Origin: an uncultured Alphaproteobacteria bacterium
Lineage (GTDB): Bacteria; Pseudomonadota; Alphaproteobacteria; Rhizobiales; Xanthobacteraceae
NCBI GenBank assembly: GCA_963749625.1
Contig: CAVVNY010000011.1
Span: forward strand, 28,294 to 92,293
Direction of reading: 5' to 3'
DNA length: 64,000 bases
A program made the translations under genes and the position numbers. Shown one piece after another: positions 28,803 through 39,522 of the stretch; the first letter of the stretch is position 1; each line of letters starts with the position of its first letter. Below the pieces are notes generated by a model. That model was not told where the DNA came from and made no database searches. It saw only the letters and a program-made list of their open reading frames with translations.

Positions 28803-30143
28803 TCAGCTCACCTGGTTGCCGCTGATCTTGAGCTGCGGATAGCGTTCGGCGCCGGAAAGTGCGAGGTCGCCGGTCGCCGGCTTGTGCCATTCCATGCCGA
28901 CAATGGCGCCATGCGGGGTATCGCTCAGCACATTGCCAGAAATCACCGCCGTGCCGGCGCCGGCGACCACCGATACGGCGACGCCGATGCCGCTGGCGCG
29001 CACCACATTGCCGGTGATCGCGACATTGCGCAGAAACTCGCCCCAGCCGGCGCTGATGCCGGCGGTCTGCGCGTTCTCGATGACATTGCCGGCGACCGCG
29101 GTGTCGGCTTCGACGCCGATGCCGAAGCCTTCCGTCTCCGGCGCGGTGCCGGGAATGTGCGCTTTGCAATTGCGCACGACATTGCCGCGCACGCTGGCCA
29201 GCCGTCCGCCTTCCTTGAAATTGGTGACGGAAATTCCGCTGCCGGCGCCGTCGATCACGTTGTCGGCGATCACCGCGCCCTGAAATTCGAATTCGCAATA
29301 GATCGCCACCTCATCGAGCGCGAGGCAGTTATTGCCGAGGATCTGAATCTCGGACGCCGCCGTGCCGCGAATCGCCGAAAAGGCCGCGTTGCGGATGTGG
29401 TTGCCGCGCACGATCACGTTGCCGGCGCGGAAGACGTTGATGGCGTTGCCGTTCTGCCCGCTGCCGCCGCTGCGCGCGCTCGTGTCGTCGATGCGGTTGT
29501 CGGCGATCAGGCTGCCGTCCTGGCGCTTGGCGCTCTGCCAGACGCGGACGCCGCCATTGCCGGATTTTGCAATCGTGTTGGCCACGATCATCAACCCGTC
29601 GCAATCATTGCAGTAGAGCGCGTTGTCGGCCGCGCCGGTGATCGTCGAATGGGTCACTTCGCCCGTGCAGCTTTCGAGCGCGATGCCGTTGCCGCCGGCG
29701 CCGGCAATCTCGCAATCGGTAATGCGGACGGCTTTGACGTCGTCGAAATGCGCCAGCGCACGGCCGGCGGGCAGCGTCTGGCCGCCGCCGTCGAGCGTAA
29801 GGCCGCTGAGCGAAATCGTGTCCGCATGCTCGGCGGAAACAAGCGACGGTCCGTGCGTCAGAATAAGTTTTGTGGCGCCGCGTATGCCGGCAAGGCTGGC
29901 GCCGGCCGGCAGCGTGAGACCGCCGGCGCGGTAGACGCCGGGCGCCAGCATCAGCGGGACGCGGCGTTGCGCGGCTTCATTGATAGCGCGCTGCAAGGCG
30001 GCGCTCTGGTCGCCGGCTGCGCCTGCGCGCACGCCGAAATGCGCGGCGTCGAGACCGAAGTTCGACAGCGGCGCGGCTTTCACCGGCGCGGCGAACGCGA
30101 CGGCAAGCGAGCCGAGGACGACGGTGCGGCGGTTAACGCTCAT
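28803..30143 (-). CDS. TIGR03808-like Tat-exported right-handed beta-helix repeat protein
   Basis: NRRTVV Tat signal, DQSAALQRAI pectate-lyase-like start, repeated GN.I units. Confidence 0.85.
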   Translation of the reverse strand: MSVNRRTVVLGSLAVAFAAPVKAAPLSNFGLDAAHFGVRAGAAGDQSAALQRAINEAAQRRVPLMLAPGVYRAGGLTLPAGASLAGIRGATKLILTHGPSLVSAEHADTISLSGLTLDGGGQTLPAGRALAHFDDVKAVRITDCEIAGAGGNGIALESCTGEVTHSTITGAADNALYCNDCDGLMIVANTIAKSGNGGVRVWQSAKRQDGSLIADNRIDDTSARSGGSGQNGNAINVFRAGNVIVRGNHIRNAAFSAIRGTAASEIQILGNNCLALDEVAIYCEFEFQGAVIADNVIDGAGSGISVTNFKEGGRLASVRGNVVRNCKAHIPGTAPETEGFGIGVEADTAVAGNVIENAQTAGISAGWGEFLRNVAITGNVVRASGIGVAVSVVAGAGTAVISGNVLSDTPHGAIVGMEWHKPATGDLALSGAERYPQLKISGNQVS

Positions 30144-30179
30144 GCGCCGCCACTATGCGCCATCCGCGCCCGCAGTGTG

Positions 30180-30801
30180 TTAACGCGCCGCCGCCGCGAT
30201 AACCTTAATCAGCCGCGCACCAAAGCGGGCGAGATCGTCGGCCGACAGGCGCGGCTTGCCGCGGCGAGGCCACGCCTTGCGGCGAATCGATCGGCACATG
30301 CACGAAGGCGGCGACCTGAGGGCTGTCCTTTTTGCCGGCGGCTTCGGCCGCCCGCCAGCACAGATAATTGCAGAGATAACGTCCGGCGTCGTGCGAGCGG
30401 ATGACCGGCACGCGGGCGGCGCGCGCTGCGGCAAGAAGCTGCGCCGTCGGCACCGGCAAAGCGAGCGCCGGCGGACCGCCCGGCGCGATTTTTACGGCGC
30501 GCGCGGCGCCGCCCGCATCCGGCAACAGCGACACCGTGTTGCGTGCGCGCGTCTCGATGCGGATGGTCCTCGCCCGTGGCGCCAGCCCGAACATCAACAG
30601 CGCGTCCGGCCTGTGTTTGGCGAGCAACTTGGGCAGATCGTGGTCGACCGCCGCATAGCTGGTCGGGAAAATATGCGAAACGATTGTCGCGCATGCCAAT
30701 CCCGGCCGCTGTCGCGCCAGTTGCTTGGCCAGCGGTCCGGTCGGATTGAACGGCGCGCCCGGAAACGGCCCAAAGCCGGTGACGAGGATAGTGACAGCCA
30801 T
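30180..30801 (-). CDS. pcp: Pyroglutamyl-peptidase I (C15); +1 frameshift near 30290
   Basis: LVTGFGPFPG..NP, IETRA, AGRYLCN, FVHVP; corrected tail ends ARLIKVIAAAAR. Confidence 0.85.
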
Positions 30802-31787
30802 CACACGCCCAGCAGCAGCGCGATCTCTTCCACGGCGAGCGTCGGCGCCAGTTTTCCTGCGGCGACCGCGGCCTCCGCTGCCTTAAGCTTGCCGCGTACG
30901 GCCGGATCGCTGCGCAGCCGCGCGGTGAGCCGCTCCTCCAGCATCGACCACATCCATTTCACCTGCTGCTCGCGCCGGCGCTGGCTAAGTTCGCCGGAAG
31001 CCGTCATCTTCTCCTTGTGCGAGACGATCTGCTCCCACAACAGGGAAATGCCGTCGCCGGTGAGCGCCGAATAGGTGAGGACCGGCGGCGACCAGTTGGG
31101 CGAGCGCGGCGCCAGGATATGCAACGCGGCGCGATAGTCCGACGCCGCCACGCGCGCGCGGCCGATATTGTCGCCGTCCGACTTGTTGACGGCGATCATG
31201 TCGGCCAATTCGACGATGCCCTTCTTGAGGCCCTGCAATTCGTCGCCGGCGCCCGCCACCATCAGCACCAGAAAGAAGTCGGTCATGTCGGCGACGGTAG
31301 TTTCGGATTGGCCCACGCCGACGGTCTCGACGATCAAGACGTCATAGCCCGCCGCCTCGCACAGCAGCATGGTCTCGCGCGTTTTGGCGGCAACGCCGCC
31401 GAGCGTCCCGGAGGACGGCGACGGGCGGATGAAAGCATTGGGATCAACAGCGAGCCGCGCCATGCGCGTCTTGTCGCCGAGGATCGAGCCGCCGGTGCGG
31501 GTCGAGGACGGATCGACCGCCAGCACGGCGACCTTGTGGCCGTCGCCAGTGAGCGCGGTGCCGAGCGCGTCGATGGTGGTCGACTTGCCGGCGCCGGGCG
31601 CGCCGGTGATGCCGAGCCGCACCGCCTTGCCGGTCGCCGGCAGCAGTTCCTGCACCAGCAGGTGCGCCTGCTTGCGATGGTCGGCGCGCTTGCTCTCGAT
31701 CAGCGTAATGGCGCGCGCCAGCATCGCGCGGTCGCCCGCCCGGATGCCCTGGGCGAGGTCGCTGGCTTTAAGGGTGCGCGCAGCCAT
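30801..31787 (-). CDS. meaB: Methylmalonyl-CoA mutase-associated GTPase
   Basis: GITGAPGAGKST, AVDPSS, ETVGVGQSE, NKSD. Confidence 0.95.
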   Translation of the reverse strand: MAARTLKASDLAQGIRAGDRAMLARAITLIESKRADHRKQAHLLVQELLPATGKAVRLGITGAPGAGKSTTIDALGTALTGDGHKVAVLAVDPSSTRTGGSILGDKTRMARLAVDPNAFIRPSPSSGTLGGVAAKTRETMLLCEAAGYDVLIVETVGVGQSETTVADMTDFFLVLMVAGAGDELQGLKKGIVELADMIAVNKSDGDNIGRARVAASDYRAALHILAPRSPNWSPPVLTYSALTGDGISLLWEQIVSHKEKMTASGELSQRRREQQVKWMWSMLEERLTARLRSDPAVRGKLKAAEAAVAAGKLAPTLAVEEIALLLGV

Positions 31788-31793
31788 CGAATT

Positions 31794-32327
31794 CTACTGC
31801 CGGGACTTGGACGCCGGCGGGTCTTCGAGGCGGATGGCGAGGCCGCCGTCTTGGTAATGCTTCGCCGCGGTGGCGCGGGCCAAGGCGAAGAGCTGGTCGC
31901 GCGTCGCGACGCGGCACGCCTTGCTGGCATTGCCGCAATTGGCCGCGCGCGTCGCCGCGTCGGCATCGTCCTCGTCGATCGCCCGCACCAGATAGACGCC
32001 ATCGGTGAGTTTGCGCATTAGCGCGTATTCGTTGATCTCCGGATGTTTGACCGGCACGTCCTGCACGATGTAGTCGCCGTTTTCGAACGCGTGCACCGAG
32101 AACGCGCGGATGTCGCCCATGCCGCCGCCGGCATGGACGTAGAGCTTGCCGTCCCAGGTAAAGAGCGTCTGCTCCGGGTCGCTGACCAGGCCCTTGCGCA
32201 GCGTGTAAAGCTGCAGCCGCAGCGTCTGCCCGAGCAGCGGCTGCGAGTCGGTGAGGATCGGGCCGGACGAATCGATGCAGCCGGCAAGCGACACCGCGCA
32301 AAGCGCGGCAAAAGCCGCGCGGACCAT
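31794..32327 (-). CDS. Putative lipoprotein
   Basis: Lipobox SLAG-C after a hydrophobic stretch; lies between the mutase and meaB. Confidence 0.75.
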   Translation of the reverse strand: MVRAAFAALCAVSLAGCIDSSGPILTDSQPLLGQTLRLQLYTLRKGLVSDPEQTLFTWDGKLYVHAGGGMGDIRAFSVHAFENGDYIVQDVPVKHPEINEYALMRKLTDGVYLVRAIDEDDADAATRAANCGNASKACRVATRDQLFALARATAAKHYQDGGLAIRLEDPPASKSRQ

Positions 32328-32335
32328 GGAGGATT

Positions 32336-34492
32336 TCACTCTGCCGCCTCTTTTCCGTGGCCCAATCGCTTGTTGAGGGTCTTGAGCAGTTTCTCCGCCG
32401 CCTCGGCGATTACAGTGCCGGGCGGGAAAATCGCCTCGCAGCCTGCCTTCATCAGCGCGTCGTAATCCTGCGGCGGCACCACGCCGCCGACCACGATCAT
32501 GATGTCGTCGCGCCCCTGCGCCGCCAGTTCCTTCTTCAACTCCGGCACCAGCGTCAAATGCGCGGCTGCCAACGACGACACGCCGAGAATATGCACGTCG
32601 TTTTCCACCGCCTGGCGCGCGGCTTCCGCCGGCGTGGCGAACAGCGGCCCGATGTCGACGTCGAAGCCCAAATCGGCAAAAGCCGAGGCGATCACCTTCT
32701 GGCCGCGGTCGTGGCCGTCCTGGCCGATCTTGGCGACCAGCAGGCGCGGCCGGCGGCCCTCCGCCGCCTCGAACGCCTCGACCGCAACGCGCACCCGTTC
32801 GACCGCGCCGGTCATGCCGACCTCCCGCTTATAGACGCCGGTGATTGCTTTGATCTCGGCGCGGTGACGTCCGTACACCTTCTCCAGCGCCGCGGAAATC
32901 TCGCCGACGGTGGCCTTGGCGCGGGCGGCGTCGATGGCCAGCGCCAAGAGATTGCCGTTGCCGCGGTCGGCGGCGCGGGTGAGGGCGCCGAGCGCTTCTT
33001 TCAGCGCTGCCGGATCGCGCTCGGCCTTGAGCCGCCTGAGCTTGTCGAGTTGCATCTGCATGACGGCGGAATTGTCCACCTTGAGCACGTCGATCGGCGC
33101 CTCGTCGGTCGGCTGGTATTTATTGACGCCGATCACCGACTGATGGCCGCTATCGATGCGCGCCTGCGTCTTGGCCGCGGCTTCCTCGATGCGCAGCTTG
33201 GGGATGCCGGCCTCGATTGCTTTGGTCATGCCGCCGAGACCTTCGACTTCCTCGATATGGGCCCAGGCCTTCTTGGCGAGTTCGTAGGTGAGCCGCTCGA
33301 CATAATAAGAGCCGCCCCAGGGATCGACGATGCGGGTGGCGCCGGCTTCCTGCTGCAGCACGATCTGGGTGTTGCGCGCGATGCGGGCGGAGAAATCGGT
33401 CGGCAGCGCCAGCGCCTCGTCGAGCGCATTGGTGTGCAGCGACTGAGTCTGCCCCTGCGTCGCCGCCATCGCCTCGATCATGGTGCGCGACACATTGTTG
33501 AACACGTCCTGCGCCGCCAGCGACCAGCCTGAGGTTTGCGAATGCGTGCGCAGCGACAGCGAGCGCGCATCCTCCGGCTTGAACGGCTTCATCAGCTTCG
33601 CCCAGATCATGCGCGCGGCGCGCAGCTTGGCGATCTCCATGAAATAATTCATGCCGATCGCCCAGAAAAACGATACGCGCGGCGCGAACTGGTCGATTGT
33701 CAGCCCCGCCTTGATGCCGGCGCGAACATATTCGACGCCGTCGGCGAGCGTATAGGCGAGCTCGAGATCCTGCGTCGCGCCGGCTTCCTGCATGTGATAG
33801 CCGCTGACCGAAATCGAATTGAACTTCGGCATTTCGGCGGAGGTGTAGGCGAAGATGTCGGAGATGATGCGCAAGGACGGCGAGGGCGGATAGATATAGG
33901 TGTTGCGCACCATGAATTCTTTGAGGATGTCGTTCTGGATCGTGCCGGAAAGTTTCTCGTGCGGCACGCCCTGTTCTTCCGCGGCGACGATATAGAGCGC
34001 CAGCACCGGCAGCACCGCGCCGTTCATGGTCATCGATACGCTCATCTGGTCGAGCGGGATGCCGGAGAACAGCGTGCGCATGTCGTAGATCGAGTCGATC
34101 GCCACGCCCGCCATGCCGACGTCGCCGGAAACGCGCGGATGGTCCGAGTCGTAGCCGCGATGGGTGGCGAGATCGAAGGCGATGGAGAGGCCCTTCTGTC
34201 CGGCGGCGAGGTTGCGCCGGTAGAAGGCGTTGGAGTCTTCCGCCGTGGAGAAGCCGGCATATTGCCGGATGGTCCAGGGCTGCGCGGCATACATCGCGGG
34301 ATAAGGTCCGCGCAGGAACGGCGCCTTGCCGGGATAGGTATCGAGGAAATCCAGCCCGGCGAGATCGCTCTCGCCGTAGAGCGGTTTCACCGGGATCGCT
34401 TCCGGCGTCATCCACGGCGCGGCCGCCTGCGGGCCGTTTGCGACCGGCGTGTCGGCGAAGTCGACCGTGGCGAAGTTGGGGACCTGGCTCAT
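32336..34492 (-). CDS. scpA: Methylmalonyl-CoA mutase, catalytic subunit
   Basis: [11 protein letters not shown]12-binding [13 protein letters not shown]. Confidence 0.96.
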   Translation of the reverse strand: MSQVPNFATVDFADTPVANGPQAAAPWMTPEAIPVKPLYGESDLAGLDFLDTYPGKAPFLRGPYPAMYAAQPWTIRQYAGFSTAEDSNAFYRRNLAAGQKGLSIAFDLATHRGYDSDHPRVSGDVGMAGVAIDSIYDMRTLFSGIPLDQMSVSMTMNGAVLPVLALYIVAAEEQGVPHEKLSGTIQNDILKEFMVRNTYIYPPSPSLRIISDIFAYTSAEMPKFNSISVSGYHMQEAGATQDLELAYTLADGVEYVRAGIKAGLTIDQFAPRVSFFWAIGMNYFMEIAKLRAARMIWAKLMKPFKPEDARSLSLRTHSQTSGWSLAAQDVFNNVSRTMIEAMAATQGQTQSLHTNALDEALALPTDFSARIARNTQIVLQQEAGATRIVDPWGGSYYVERLTYELAKKAWAHIEEVEGLGGMTKAIEAGIPKLRIEEAAAKTQARIDSGHQSVIGVNKYQPTDEAPIDVLKVDNSAVMQMQLDKLRRLKAERDPAALKEALGALTRAADRGNGNLLALAIDAARAKATVGEISAALEKVYGRHRAEIKAITGVYKREVGMTGAVERVRVAVEAFEAAEGRRPRLLVAKIGQDGHDRGQKVIASAFADLGFDVDIGPLFATPAEAARQAVENDVHILGVSSLAAAHLTLVPELKKELAAQGRDDIMIVVGGVVPPQDYDALMKAGCEAIFPPGTVIAEAAEKLLKTLNKRLGHGKEAAE

Positions 34493-36363
34493 TTGACTCC
34501 CAGAATATCATGGGCCGCCCGCAAGGTCGAAACCACGTCGCAGCCCATGAATACGAAGGATTTCACGCCCGCCTGCCGCCATCTGTCCTCGTTCTCGCCG
34601 CCCCGGCCGGCGAGATGGACGATGGCGCCGGCGGCGCTGAGCGCCTGGGCGGCGTCGGCGGCTTCCGCCTCATAGACCTTGTCCGACGAGCATAGGCAGG
34701 CGAGCTTGGCGCCCGACGCCTTGAACGCCGCGATCATTTCGGCCCGGTCCTTGAAGCCGTCATTGCCGACCGCCGCGATGCCGCCGGCCTCGTAGAAGTT
34801 CTTCGCGAACATGGCGCGCGCGGTGAACTCCGACAGCTTGCCGAGATTGGCCAGGAACACTTTCGGCCGCGCGCCGGTCTTTTTGAGGATCGCGTCCGAC
34901 CTGTCGCGCAATGCCTCGAACGGCTCGGCGAGGCGAATGCGCGGCAGCGGCTCTGCCGTCACGGCCGCCGCGCTTTCTTTCGGCCCCGCCACTTTCGCGA
35001 CATCGAGCACCGCGGCTGGCGCTTCCTGCAAATTGGGAAAATCGCTGGTGCCGGTCAGCGCGTCCTTGCGGCGCGCGATTGCCTTCTCGCGTTCGGCGCG
35101 CACGGCCGCGACGTTCTTCTGCACCAACCCGGTTTCGAGCGCGGCCCAGACGCCGCCGGCCTTCTCGATCTCCTGGAATCGTGCCCAGGCGGCGGCGCAC
35201 AATTTGCTCGTCAGGTCCTCGATAGCGCCGGAGCCGGCGGCCGGATCGGCGACGCGGAACAAGTTGGATTCTTCCAGCAGGATGAGCTGGGTATTGCGCG
35301 CGGTGCGGCGCGCGAAGGCATCGGGCAGGCCGAGCGCGGCTGTGTGCGGCAAAGCGACGATGCTGTCGGCGCCGCCTAATCCGGCCGCGGCGATCGCGAC
35401 CGTGATGCGCAGCATGTTCACGTAAGGATCGCGCTGCGTCATCATCCGCCAGGCAGTCTCGGCGGCGACATAGGCCGGTTTCGGCGTCAAGCCGCAGGCC
35501 TGCTCGACGCGCGCCCACAGTTTCCGCAACGCGCGGAATTTGGCGATGGTCAAAAACTCGTCGGCGTCGGCCGACAGGCGGAAATAGATCATGCCGCGCG
35601 CGGCGTCGGGCGAAATGCCGCCCGCTTCCAGCGCGCGCAGATATTCGACCGCGCTGGCCAGCGCGAAAGCCAGTTCCTGCGCTTCCGAGCCGCCGGCATT
35701 ATGGACGATTCGCCCGTCCGCGGCCACGAAGCCGCCGCGGAAGCCTTGGTTTGCCAACTCGCTTACCACGCCAGCGAAGCCGCGCGAGAGCTTGGCCCAG
35801 GGCATGGGGCTGGTGCCCGAAGCGGCGAAACCGCCGACCGGATTGATGCTGGCGCGCAGCTCGACCGATGCCGGCGAAATTTTCCGGTTCTTCACCAGCG
35901 CGGCGAAGGTCTGCACGACATTGCGCGTCGGTGGGCTGAGATTGAAATCGATGGTGATGCCGGCATCGAGTTCGATTCCTTCGAACACGCGGGCGAGCGT
36001 GACCGGCGAGGCGTCAAGGCCATAGCCATTGGAATTGATCGATCCGGCCATGACCAGGGTTAGCCCGGTGGCGCCGTTCTCCAGATCTTGCAGTGCCTGC
36101 GCGTTGGCGGCTTTCGGGTCGGGATGGTCGACCCGCTGCATCACCGTCCAGGCCGCGCCCGGTGCGCGTCCGGCGACCGGCGTCGCCGCCGCCGCGCGTG
36201 GATAGAGCGGGTCAATGCGCAGCCCGTCATAGGTCTGGCTGACCAGGCGCTTCTCGAAGGTGGCGCCCTTGAGCGCGGCGTCGACCAGCTTGCGCCAGAC
36301 CGCCTCGCTGGTGGGCGGGAATTCGGCGGCGAGGGGAAGCGTTTGATCAAGGTCTTGGGTCAT
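34489..36363 (-). CDS. mutA: Methylmalonyl-CoA mutase small (beta) subunit
   Basis: MutA-like fold without DxH; [15 protein letters not shown]; 4-bp overlap with the large subunit. Confidence 0.9.
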   Translation of the reverse strand: MTQDLDQTLPLAAEFPPTSEAVWRKLVDAALKGATFEKRLVSQTYDGLRIDPLYPRAAAATPVAGRAPGAAWTVMQRVDHPDPKAANAQALQDLENGATGLTLVMAGSINSNGYGLDASPVTLARVFEGIELDAGITIDFNLSPPTRNVVQTFAALVKNRKISPASVELRASINPVGGFAASGTSPMPWAKLSRGFAGVVSELANQGFRGGFVAADGRIVHNAGGSEAQELAFALASAVEYLRALEAGGISPDAARGMIYFRLSADADEFLTIAKFRALRKLWARVEQACGLTPKPAYVAAETAWRMMTQRDPYVNMLRITVAIAAAGLGGADSIVALPHTAALGLPDAFARRTARNTQLILLEESNLFRVADPAAGSGAIEDLTSKLCAAAWARFQEIEKAGGVWAALETGLVQKNVAAVRAEREKAIARRKDALTGTSDFPNLQEAPAAVLDVAKVAGPKESAAAVTAEPLPRIRLAEPFEALRDRSDAILKKTGARPKVFLANLGKLSEFTARAMFAKNFYEAGGIAAVGNDGFKDRAEMIAAFKASGAKLACLCSSDKVYEAEAADAAQALSAAGAIVHLAGRGGENEDRWRQAGVKSFVFMGCDVVSTLRAAHDILGVK

Positions 36364-36434
36364 CGGCGCAAAGTGCCACAGTCGGTGCGGTGCCGCCATT
36401 GAGCTAAAGCAAATTGCGTGCCCGGCCTATTTGA

Positions 36435-36926
36435 CTAAAGCCGCGGCGGTAGCCGCTCGATCCCGGCTTTATCGACCGTCTCGGCCGCCTCCCGCACGCT
36501 GCGGCCGCCGATCACCAGGTCGGGCGCGATTTCGGCAAGCGGCAGCAGCACGAAAGCGCGCTCGAACAGGCGCGGGTGCGGCACTGTCAGGCCCAGCTCG
36601 TCGATGGCGAGGCCACCATAGGCGATGATGTCGATATCGGCGGTGCGCGGACCCCAGCGCTTTTCGTGCGCCCGGTCGCGGCCAAGCGTGAGTTCGACCG
36701 CTTGCGCATGCGCCAGCAGGTCGCGCGGCGCTAGCGTGGTCTCGACCGCGATGCACAGGTTGATGAACGGCGGCTGATATTTGAAGCCCCAGGGCGGCGT
36801 GCGGTAATCGGAGGAGCGCGCGGTCAGCCGCACCTTGGTGCCGTCGCACAGCAAACTGACCGCGCGGTCGAGAATGGTCCGGCTATCGCCGACATTGCCG
36901 CCGAGCGCGAGCCAGGCCGCCGTCAT
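36435..36926 (-). CDS. folK: HPPK
   Basis: LALGGNVG, RWGPRTADIDI, VPHPRLFERAFVL. Confidence 0.95.
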   Translation of the reverse strand: MTAAWLALGGNVGDSRTILDRAVSLLCDGTKVRLTARSSDYRTPPWGFKYQPPFINLCIAVETTLAPRDLLAHAQAVELTLGRDRAHEKRWGPRTADIDIIAYGGLAIDELGLTVPHPRLFERAFVLLPLAEIAPDLVIGGRSVREAAETVDKAGIERLPPRL

Positions 36927-36928
36927 GA

Positions 36929-37300
36929 TCAGGATTCGCCCCGCGCTCGCTCGAGTGTGACGCCGACATCGCTGAAGGTCGCCGCGATCGGGGCATGCGG
37001 CTTGTGGATCGTCACTCTGATCTTACGTACGCGCGGAAAGGCGGCGAGCACCGCGTCGGCCACCCGACCGGCGGCGGCCTCGATCAGTCGGTATTTCTGC
37101 GCGCAAAATGCCGCGCTCGCGCAGGTGACCACTTTGTCGTAGGAGACGGTGTCGACCACTTTGTCCGAGCGCGCGGCGTCGGCGAGACCGATGTCGAGTT
37201 CGATGTCGATGGTGAAGGTCTGCCCGACCTTGCCCTCGTAGGGCATGATGCCGTGATAGGCGTGCAGCGACAGTCCCTTGATGAAGATTTGATCGCTCAT
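36929..37300 (-). CDS. folB: Dihydroneopterin aldolase
   Basis: YHG..E..GQ.F, DTVSY, LIE, HKPHAP. Confidence 0.95.
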   Translation of the reverse strand: MSDQIFIKGLSLHAYHGIMPYEGKVGQTFTIDIELDIGLADAARSDKVVDTVSYDKVVTCASAAFCAQKYRLIEAAAGRVADAVLAAFPRVRKIRVTIHKPHAPIAATFSDVGVTLERARGES

Positions 37301-38173
37301 GTTTCGCTCTCTTTGGCGCGGCCGATCGCCGCCGCCACCCGCAATGCCTGCACGGTTTCGGCCACGTCATGCACGCGCACGATCGCGGCGCCGTTGGCCG
37401 CCGCCGCGAGGTGACTGGCGATCGAGCCGCCGAGCCGCTGGTCGGGCGCGGCCGGCGTTACCGCATTGATGAAGCGCTTGCGCGAGGCGCCGACCAAAAG
37501 CGGCAGCCCGAAGCGTTCGAACTCGGCGAGCCGCGCGATGCAGGCGATGCTTTGTTCCGGCGTCTTGCCGAACCCGATGCCGGGATCGAGCACCATGCAG
37601 TCGCGCGCGATGCCGCGGCGCTGGGCGATGTCGAGCGAGCGTTCGAAGAACGCCTGTACGTCGGCGATGATGTCGATCGCCGCGTCGGCGCTCTCGCGGT
37701 TATGCATGACCACGACGGGCATGTCGTATTCGGAAACCACCTCGGCCATGGCGGGGTCACGCTGCAGGCCCCAGACGTCGTTGACCATGGCCACGCCCTG
37801 GTCGAGCGCCCAGGTCGCGATGTCGGCCTTCATGGTGTCGATCGAAACCGGCGTCTTGAGTTTGACCACGGCCGGCAGCACCGGCGTCAGCCGCGCCAGT
37901 TCGTCGGCGGAACTTACCGGCGCCGCGCCGCCATAGGGGCGGGTCGAACTCCGCGCCGATATCGATGATGTCGGCACCCGCGGCGATCATGCGCTCGGCC
38001 TGCGCGATCGCCCGTTCCGGATCGATGAAACGTCCGCCGTCGGAGAAGGAATCCGGTGTTACATTGAGCACGCCCATGACCAGCGGCCGCCGCTCGGCCA
38101 ATAGCCCGGCGAGCCAGGATGGCGGCGTATCGGCGATCAAATCGGCGGTATGCGGATCGCGCTCAGGGCCCAT
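37297..38173 (-). CDS. folP: Dihydropteroate synthase; +1 frameshift near 37947
   Basis: [19 protein letters not shown] in one frame, STRPY..SIDT..DPGIGF..SRK..RVHDV in the next; a single extra T joins them. Confidence 0.92.
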
Positions 38174-38232
38174 GCAGCGAGGCTTTGCGCGGTCGGCAGC
38201 GGGCTGTCAAGAAGCCGCGGATCGCGGCCGGT

Positions 38233-38643
38233 CTATTTGTAGGTGATCTTCAGCGGCAGTTTCTTGGCGTTCTCGATCCAGTGGCAGACCACCTTCTCGG
38301 ACGGCAGCATGGAGACCATCTTGTGCTTCTTGTTGGCTTCCCGCATCGCCTTGGCGAGATTGGAGGGGTTGCGATACTTGAGTTCCTTGACGGTATCGAC
38401 GCCGGCGGCTTGCAGCAGCTCGGCATATTCCTTGCGGATGCCCTTGACGCGCATGCGGTCGGCGACGTTGGCCCAGCAGAGCAATTGCTTTTCGTCAAAC
38501 CCTGTCTTGAGGGCGAGCGTCTTGCGTCCGCGCAGCGTGCGCGCCGCTTCCAGCAGCCGTCCGGTCGACCGGATTCCCGCCGCCTTGAGGATCGCGGCCG
38601 CTTCGCCGTCGATCCCGTCGATTTCGGTGATGGGATAACTCAT
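38233..38643 (-). CDS. DUF4332 domain protein
   Basis: IDGI..LKAAGIRS, ADRMRVKGI..YAELL..AGVDTV. Confidence 0.85.
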   Translation of the reverse strand: MSYPITEIDGIDGEAAAILKAAGIRSTGRLLEAARTLRGRKTLALKTGFDEKQLLCWANVADRMRVKGIRKEYAELLQAAGVDTVKELKYRNPSNLAKAMREANKKHKMVSMLPSEKVVCHWIENAKKLPLKITYK

Positions 38644-38695
38644 ACGGAATGCCTTACTCGTTACTTACGTCTGTCTACGCGGCCGAACGGAACGT

Positions 38696-39064
38696 TCAAA
38701 CGAACTGACTCAAGCCCGGAATCGCGCCGACGATCTCGCCGACCGCGTCTTCACCGGCTTTTTCACGGGAATAGGCGATGACTTCCTTGGTGACGGCCTG
38801 CACCTGACCCATGCTCAGCCCGGCGCCCATCAATTTGGTGCCGGCGCCCATCAGGCCGCCCATGGCAAACATGCCGCCACCGGCGTCGCTGGCCTGCTGG
38901 GCGTCGATCAAAGCTTGCGCCCCGGGAATTTTGTCGATGAGAGGCTTCACTTTGTCGGCCGGTCCGTCCTTGACCAGGAAGTCGAGGATTATGCCGACCG
39001 ATTTTTCCGCAGTTGTCCGATCGACGCCGACGTTGGCGACGAGACGCGCAATCAACTCGTCCAT
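38696..39064 (-). CDS. Conserved small protein (DUF2267/DUF937-like)
   Basis: MDELIARL..; GG RBS; Gly/Met-rich middle. Confidence 0.75.
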   Translation of the reverse strand: MDELIARLVANVGVDRTTAEKSVGIILDFLVKDGPADKVKPLIDKIPGAQALIDAQQASDAGGGMFAMGGLMGAGTKLMGAGLSMGQVQAVTKEVIAYSREKAGEDAVGEIVGAIPGLSQFV

Positions 39065-39522
39065 GATCCCCCTCGACTCTTCCGCACTGATGGCGGGTTG
39101 CCGGTATATTGAACGCCGATCGCGGCGATGACAAGTGTAATGCTCATCATAGATACGAACGTGTTGCCCCGCGCACACACTGTCATTGTCCCATGTCAAG
39201 TAAATTGTAATTTTCTAAACGCCGTCACCGAATTTTTATTCGACAGCCGGCGTGCGCAGTCCATAGGTCGAGAAGCAACCCGGCATTTGCTTCGGCAGTA
39301 TCTGGAGCATAACGGTCAGTCGAATTTCCCGGTCGAAAGGGGACCTCGGCCGGCTATGCTTGCAAAATTCTGAACATAAGATCGAAAAATCACGTCTGAT
39401 GACGCAAGAACGGCGCCTCAACTTGCAATTCGGCGCGAATTTCGAATGATTATAAGAACTGCGATGCTTTTCAGCCGGCGAAGGCGTTGCTAGCGTCCGC
39501 CTGCCACCTAAAGGAGTACCTC

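Noticed and set aside
28884-30404. 506-aa plus-strand ORF
   Set aside because: Antisense to the TIGR03808 and pcp genes.
36364-36434. Cobalamin riboswitch ahead of the mutase genes
   Set aside because: The gap is only about 70 bp and has no B12-box motif.
37297-38173. folP as a true pseudogene or programmed frameshift
   Set aside because: A single extra base, no slippery sequence, both halves fully conserved, and the operon intact; artefact is more likely.
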